Shown here piece by piece: positions 61,485 to 64,000 of a DNA stretch of 64,000 nt. The position numbers were made by a program, and so were the translations under genes. Position 1 is the first letter of the stretch. Each line of letters starts with the position of its first letter. The notes under the pieces were generated by a model. The model had not been told where the DNA came from. It ran no database searches and saw nothing but the letters and a program-made list of their open reading frames with translations. Origin of the DNA: Chiloscyllium plagiosum (taxonomy: Eukaryota); assembly GCF_004010195.1 (NCBI RefSeq), contig NC_057753.1, positions 15,075,345 through 15,139,344 on the forward strand. Reading direction: 5' to 3'.

Positions 61485-61880
61485 AATAGAGTTGTAGAGA
61501 TGTACAGCACGGAAACAGACCCTTTGGCCTGAAACATCCATGTCGACCAGGTATCCTATATTAATCCAGTCACAAATGCTCGCATATGGTTCATATCCCT
61601 CTAAACTAGTGCTATTCATATATCTATCCAGATGTTTTTAAATGTTGTAATTGTAGCAGCCACCACCACTTCCTCTTGGAGGTCATTCCACACTTCCCCA
61701 CCCTTTGCATGATAAAGTTGCACCTTAGATACTTCTTAAATCTTTCCCATCTCACCCCTAAACCTATGCCCTGTAGTTCCAGACTCTCCCACTCCAGGGA
61801 AAAGATCTTGTCTTCTTTCCCAATATATGCCCCTGATGATTTTATAAACTTCTATAAGGTCACCCCTCAGCCTCCAAGAT
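61485..61880 (-). mobile_element. CR1 3' end fragment
   Basis: gatgtacagcacggaaacagacccttt is the reverse-complement CR1 tail; tataaggtcacccctcagcctcc. Confidence 0.7.
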
Positions 61881-62090
61881 TGGGGGTGGGGGTCGTGGTG
61901 GGGGGTGGGTAATATTGTGGCTCAACGAACCGCTGCTTTTTGTGGTAGTTTAGTCATTGAAGCTGATCTCCTTGAATTCTAGATGTCGTAATTGAAGTTT
62001 CAAAAGCGGTTGCATTGGTTTGATATTTTGGGAGAAAATGATCAAAGGAATTGCACGTTAAAAAGGAGGAGGAGAGACATGGTCAGTGAC

Positions 62091-62163
62091 AGAGAAAGAG
62101 AGAGGGAGAGAGAGAGAGAGAAAGAGTGTGTGTGTGTGAGAGAGAGAAACAGAGAGAGAGAGA
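62091..62163. repeat. Compound (GA)n/(GT)n microsatellite
   Basis: Read directly. Confidence 0.92.
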
Positions 62164-63207
62164 AACCTACACTGCTATCTGTTAGTGCAGTGAATAAGCA
62201 CTGCTTCTGTGTTTGTTGTTTGTATTCAAGTATTTTCAGCTCTTTGATGCTTTGTTTGCAGGATTGCTAAGCTCTATAGATCGCTTGCTGCTTAGAATGT
62301 TTGTCATGCAATTTGTCTTGTTTGTTAATTTCACCAGGTTCGCCTTTCCTTTTTAGGTGCTCTCTGAATATCCAAAACAAGGAAGAATGCTGAGACTCTG
62401 ACTGTTGGGAAAATTAATCACTGCCAACAGATCAAGGTGCAGCTCTGGGGTCTGGTGCAGAGTGTGGTGCAATATCTGCAGGGTCTTGCAAATTGCTGCC
62501 TGGGATGTATGCGTGGGGACTGAATGTTTAGCAAAACACATATTTATGGTGTTTGTCAAAATAGGGAAGATACACAATTTTGGAGTTCAAATCTGATGGG
62601 AAGGTGGTGCAAAATTTTGAAGAGGCCCAAATACGGGGGCAAGGAAATTGTGGAAGTGTGCGAACTGACATGAAAACACTTGAGAGATAAAATTTGAGGC
62701 CAATATTTCGCGGGCAAAATTGCTAGTCATAGAGAGCCAGAGAGAAAACAAAAAATAAAATAAGAATAGTGATATAGAGAAAATGTCTACACATCTGTGC
62801 CTGTGCAATGAGGGTCTCTGTTGTTTTTGAGTGATTCTACTGAAATGGGTGAAACATCCACCCAGCTTTTTCTCTGCCTGTCCCTCTTTGTATTTAGAGT
62901 GATACATTGCTGATTGTCTTGCTCATGTCTATTTCCTTATATGTGTCCCTGTGTTTTTGTGTCTGAGCATCTAACTCTGACTACAATGTGACACACTTTG
63001 TAGAGGAGGGAAGTTTGAATGACTGAACGAATCAACGAATTAAAAAAAGATGTATCAAAGACCCAGAGTCTCCATCATTGTTCAAAGCGATTCAGTGTCA
63101 CCCTCTGGTGGCTTCCCCACGATACTACACAAGAAGCATTTTTTTTGGAGAAAGAATCAAAGCCTGTGAATCTCTGAAGTTGTACAATACTTTCATACAG
63201 TGTCTTT

Positions 63208-63830
63208 ATTGAATTGAATTGAATTGAATTTATTGTCATGTGTACCGAGGCACAATGAAAACCTTTATCTTGCGAGCAATACAGGCAGATCACAGAGTTA
63301 AGTAGTGTAGATAAGTAAATAATATGTAAACAGTGGCAAAAGCAAATGCACAGGTACAGGCAAATGTTAAGCGTTTGTGAGTCAATTCAGTATTCTAACA
63401 GCAGCAGGGTAGAAACTGTTTCCAAACAGGCTGGTGCGTGTGTTCAGGCTTCTGTACCTTCTCCCCGATGGTAGAGGTTGTAGAAAAACATTGCTTGGGT
63501 GGGACGAATCTTAGAGAATGCTGCCGGCCTTTCCTTGACAGCGGGCCTGGTAGATGGATTCTAGTGGTGCGAGGTTGGCCTTTGTGACTGTCCTGGCCGA
63601 GTTCACCACTCTCTGTAGCTGTCTCCGATCTTGAATTTTACAGTTGCCATACCAGGTTGTGATACATCCGGATAGAATGGTGTCGATGGCTCACCTATAA
63701 AAGTTGTCAAGAGTATTCGCCGTCATGCCAAATTTCCTCAGCTGCCTGTGAAAGAAGAGACGTTGTTGGGCCTTTGTAAAGAGTGCGTCCACATGAAGAG
63801 TCCAAGAAAGCTTGTTGTGGTGACCACAAT
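63208..63830 (-). mobile_element. Rex1/Babar LINE 3' end
   Basis: Minus strand encodes PLPSGRRYRSLNTRTS (Rex1-type C-terminus); (ATTGA)n tail at ~63208-63230. Confidence 0.8.
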
Positions 63831-64000
63831 ACCAAGCAGTTTTATCCAATCAGTGTCACCCCAAGAAATGAACAGAAGTAGAGGGAAAAAACCCAATGTT
63901 GGTTTCACTCCCTCAGTTTTGAATTCTTTCGTCACTGAGCAATTGAGAGAGTAAATTACAAGAAAAATTACAAATTGCTGAAATTACGGAAAGGTTAATA

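Larger units (their letters stand above)
59900..63210 (+). repeat. 3'-end duplication unit D
   Basis: Colinear with 56090-58690 with extra insertions at ~61480-62340; AATAAA at 60544-60549. Confidence 0.85.

Noticed and set aside
1..64000. CRISPR arrays, operons or other prokaryotic systems
   Set aside because: The sequence is intron-exon structured vertebrate DNA; no regularly spaced repeat-spacer array seen

Overview
Vertebrate genomic DNA, not prokaryotic. The HE1/V-SINE-like and SacSINE1/DeuSINE-like SINEs plus decayed CR1, L2, Rex1/Babar, Tx1 and Penelope retroelements point to an elasmobranch (shark); this is an inference. The window covers part of a tandem array of group-B scavenger-receptor cysteine-rich (SRCR; CD163/WC1/SCART-like) type I membrane receptor genes on the + strand. 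(1) About 3.4-8.6 kb holds the decayed cytoplasmic-tail exons and 3' end of an upstream paralogue. (2) About 29.4-53.2 kb holds a gene I could reconstruct by hand from phase-1 exons: up to 9 open SRCR exons, linker exons, a transmembrane exon with an intramembrane Asp, and a tail with tandem YQGI-YEEI tyrosine motifs. Its first two domains are duplicated in a ~7.5 kb tandem repeat, one tail exon has lost its splice acceptor, and I could not find a signal-peptide exon. A second, non-coding signal: several short palindromic insertions with clear target-site duplications carry minimal hammerhead-ribozyme cores (CUGAnGA-A-stem II-GAAA-palindromic stem III-UH) at their centre, of the kind described in Penelope-like elements. 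Most of the ORF track is noise or retroelement debris. Exon boundaries were read by eye; repeat boundaries are approximate.
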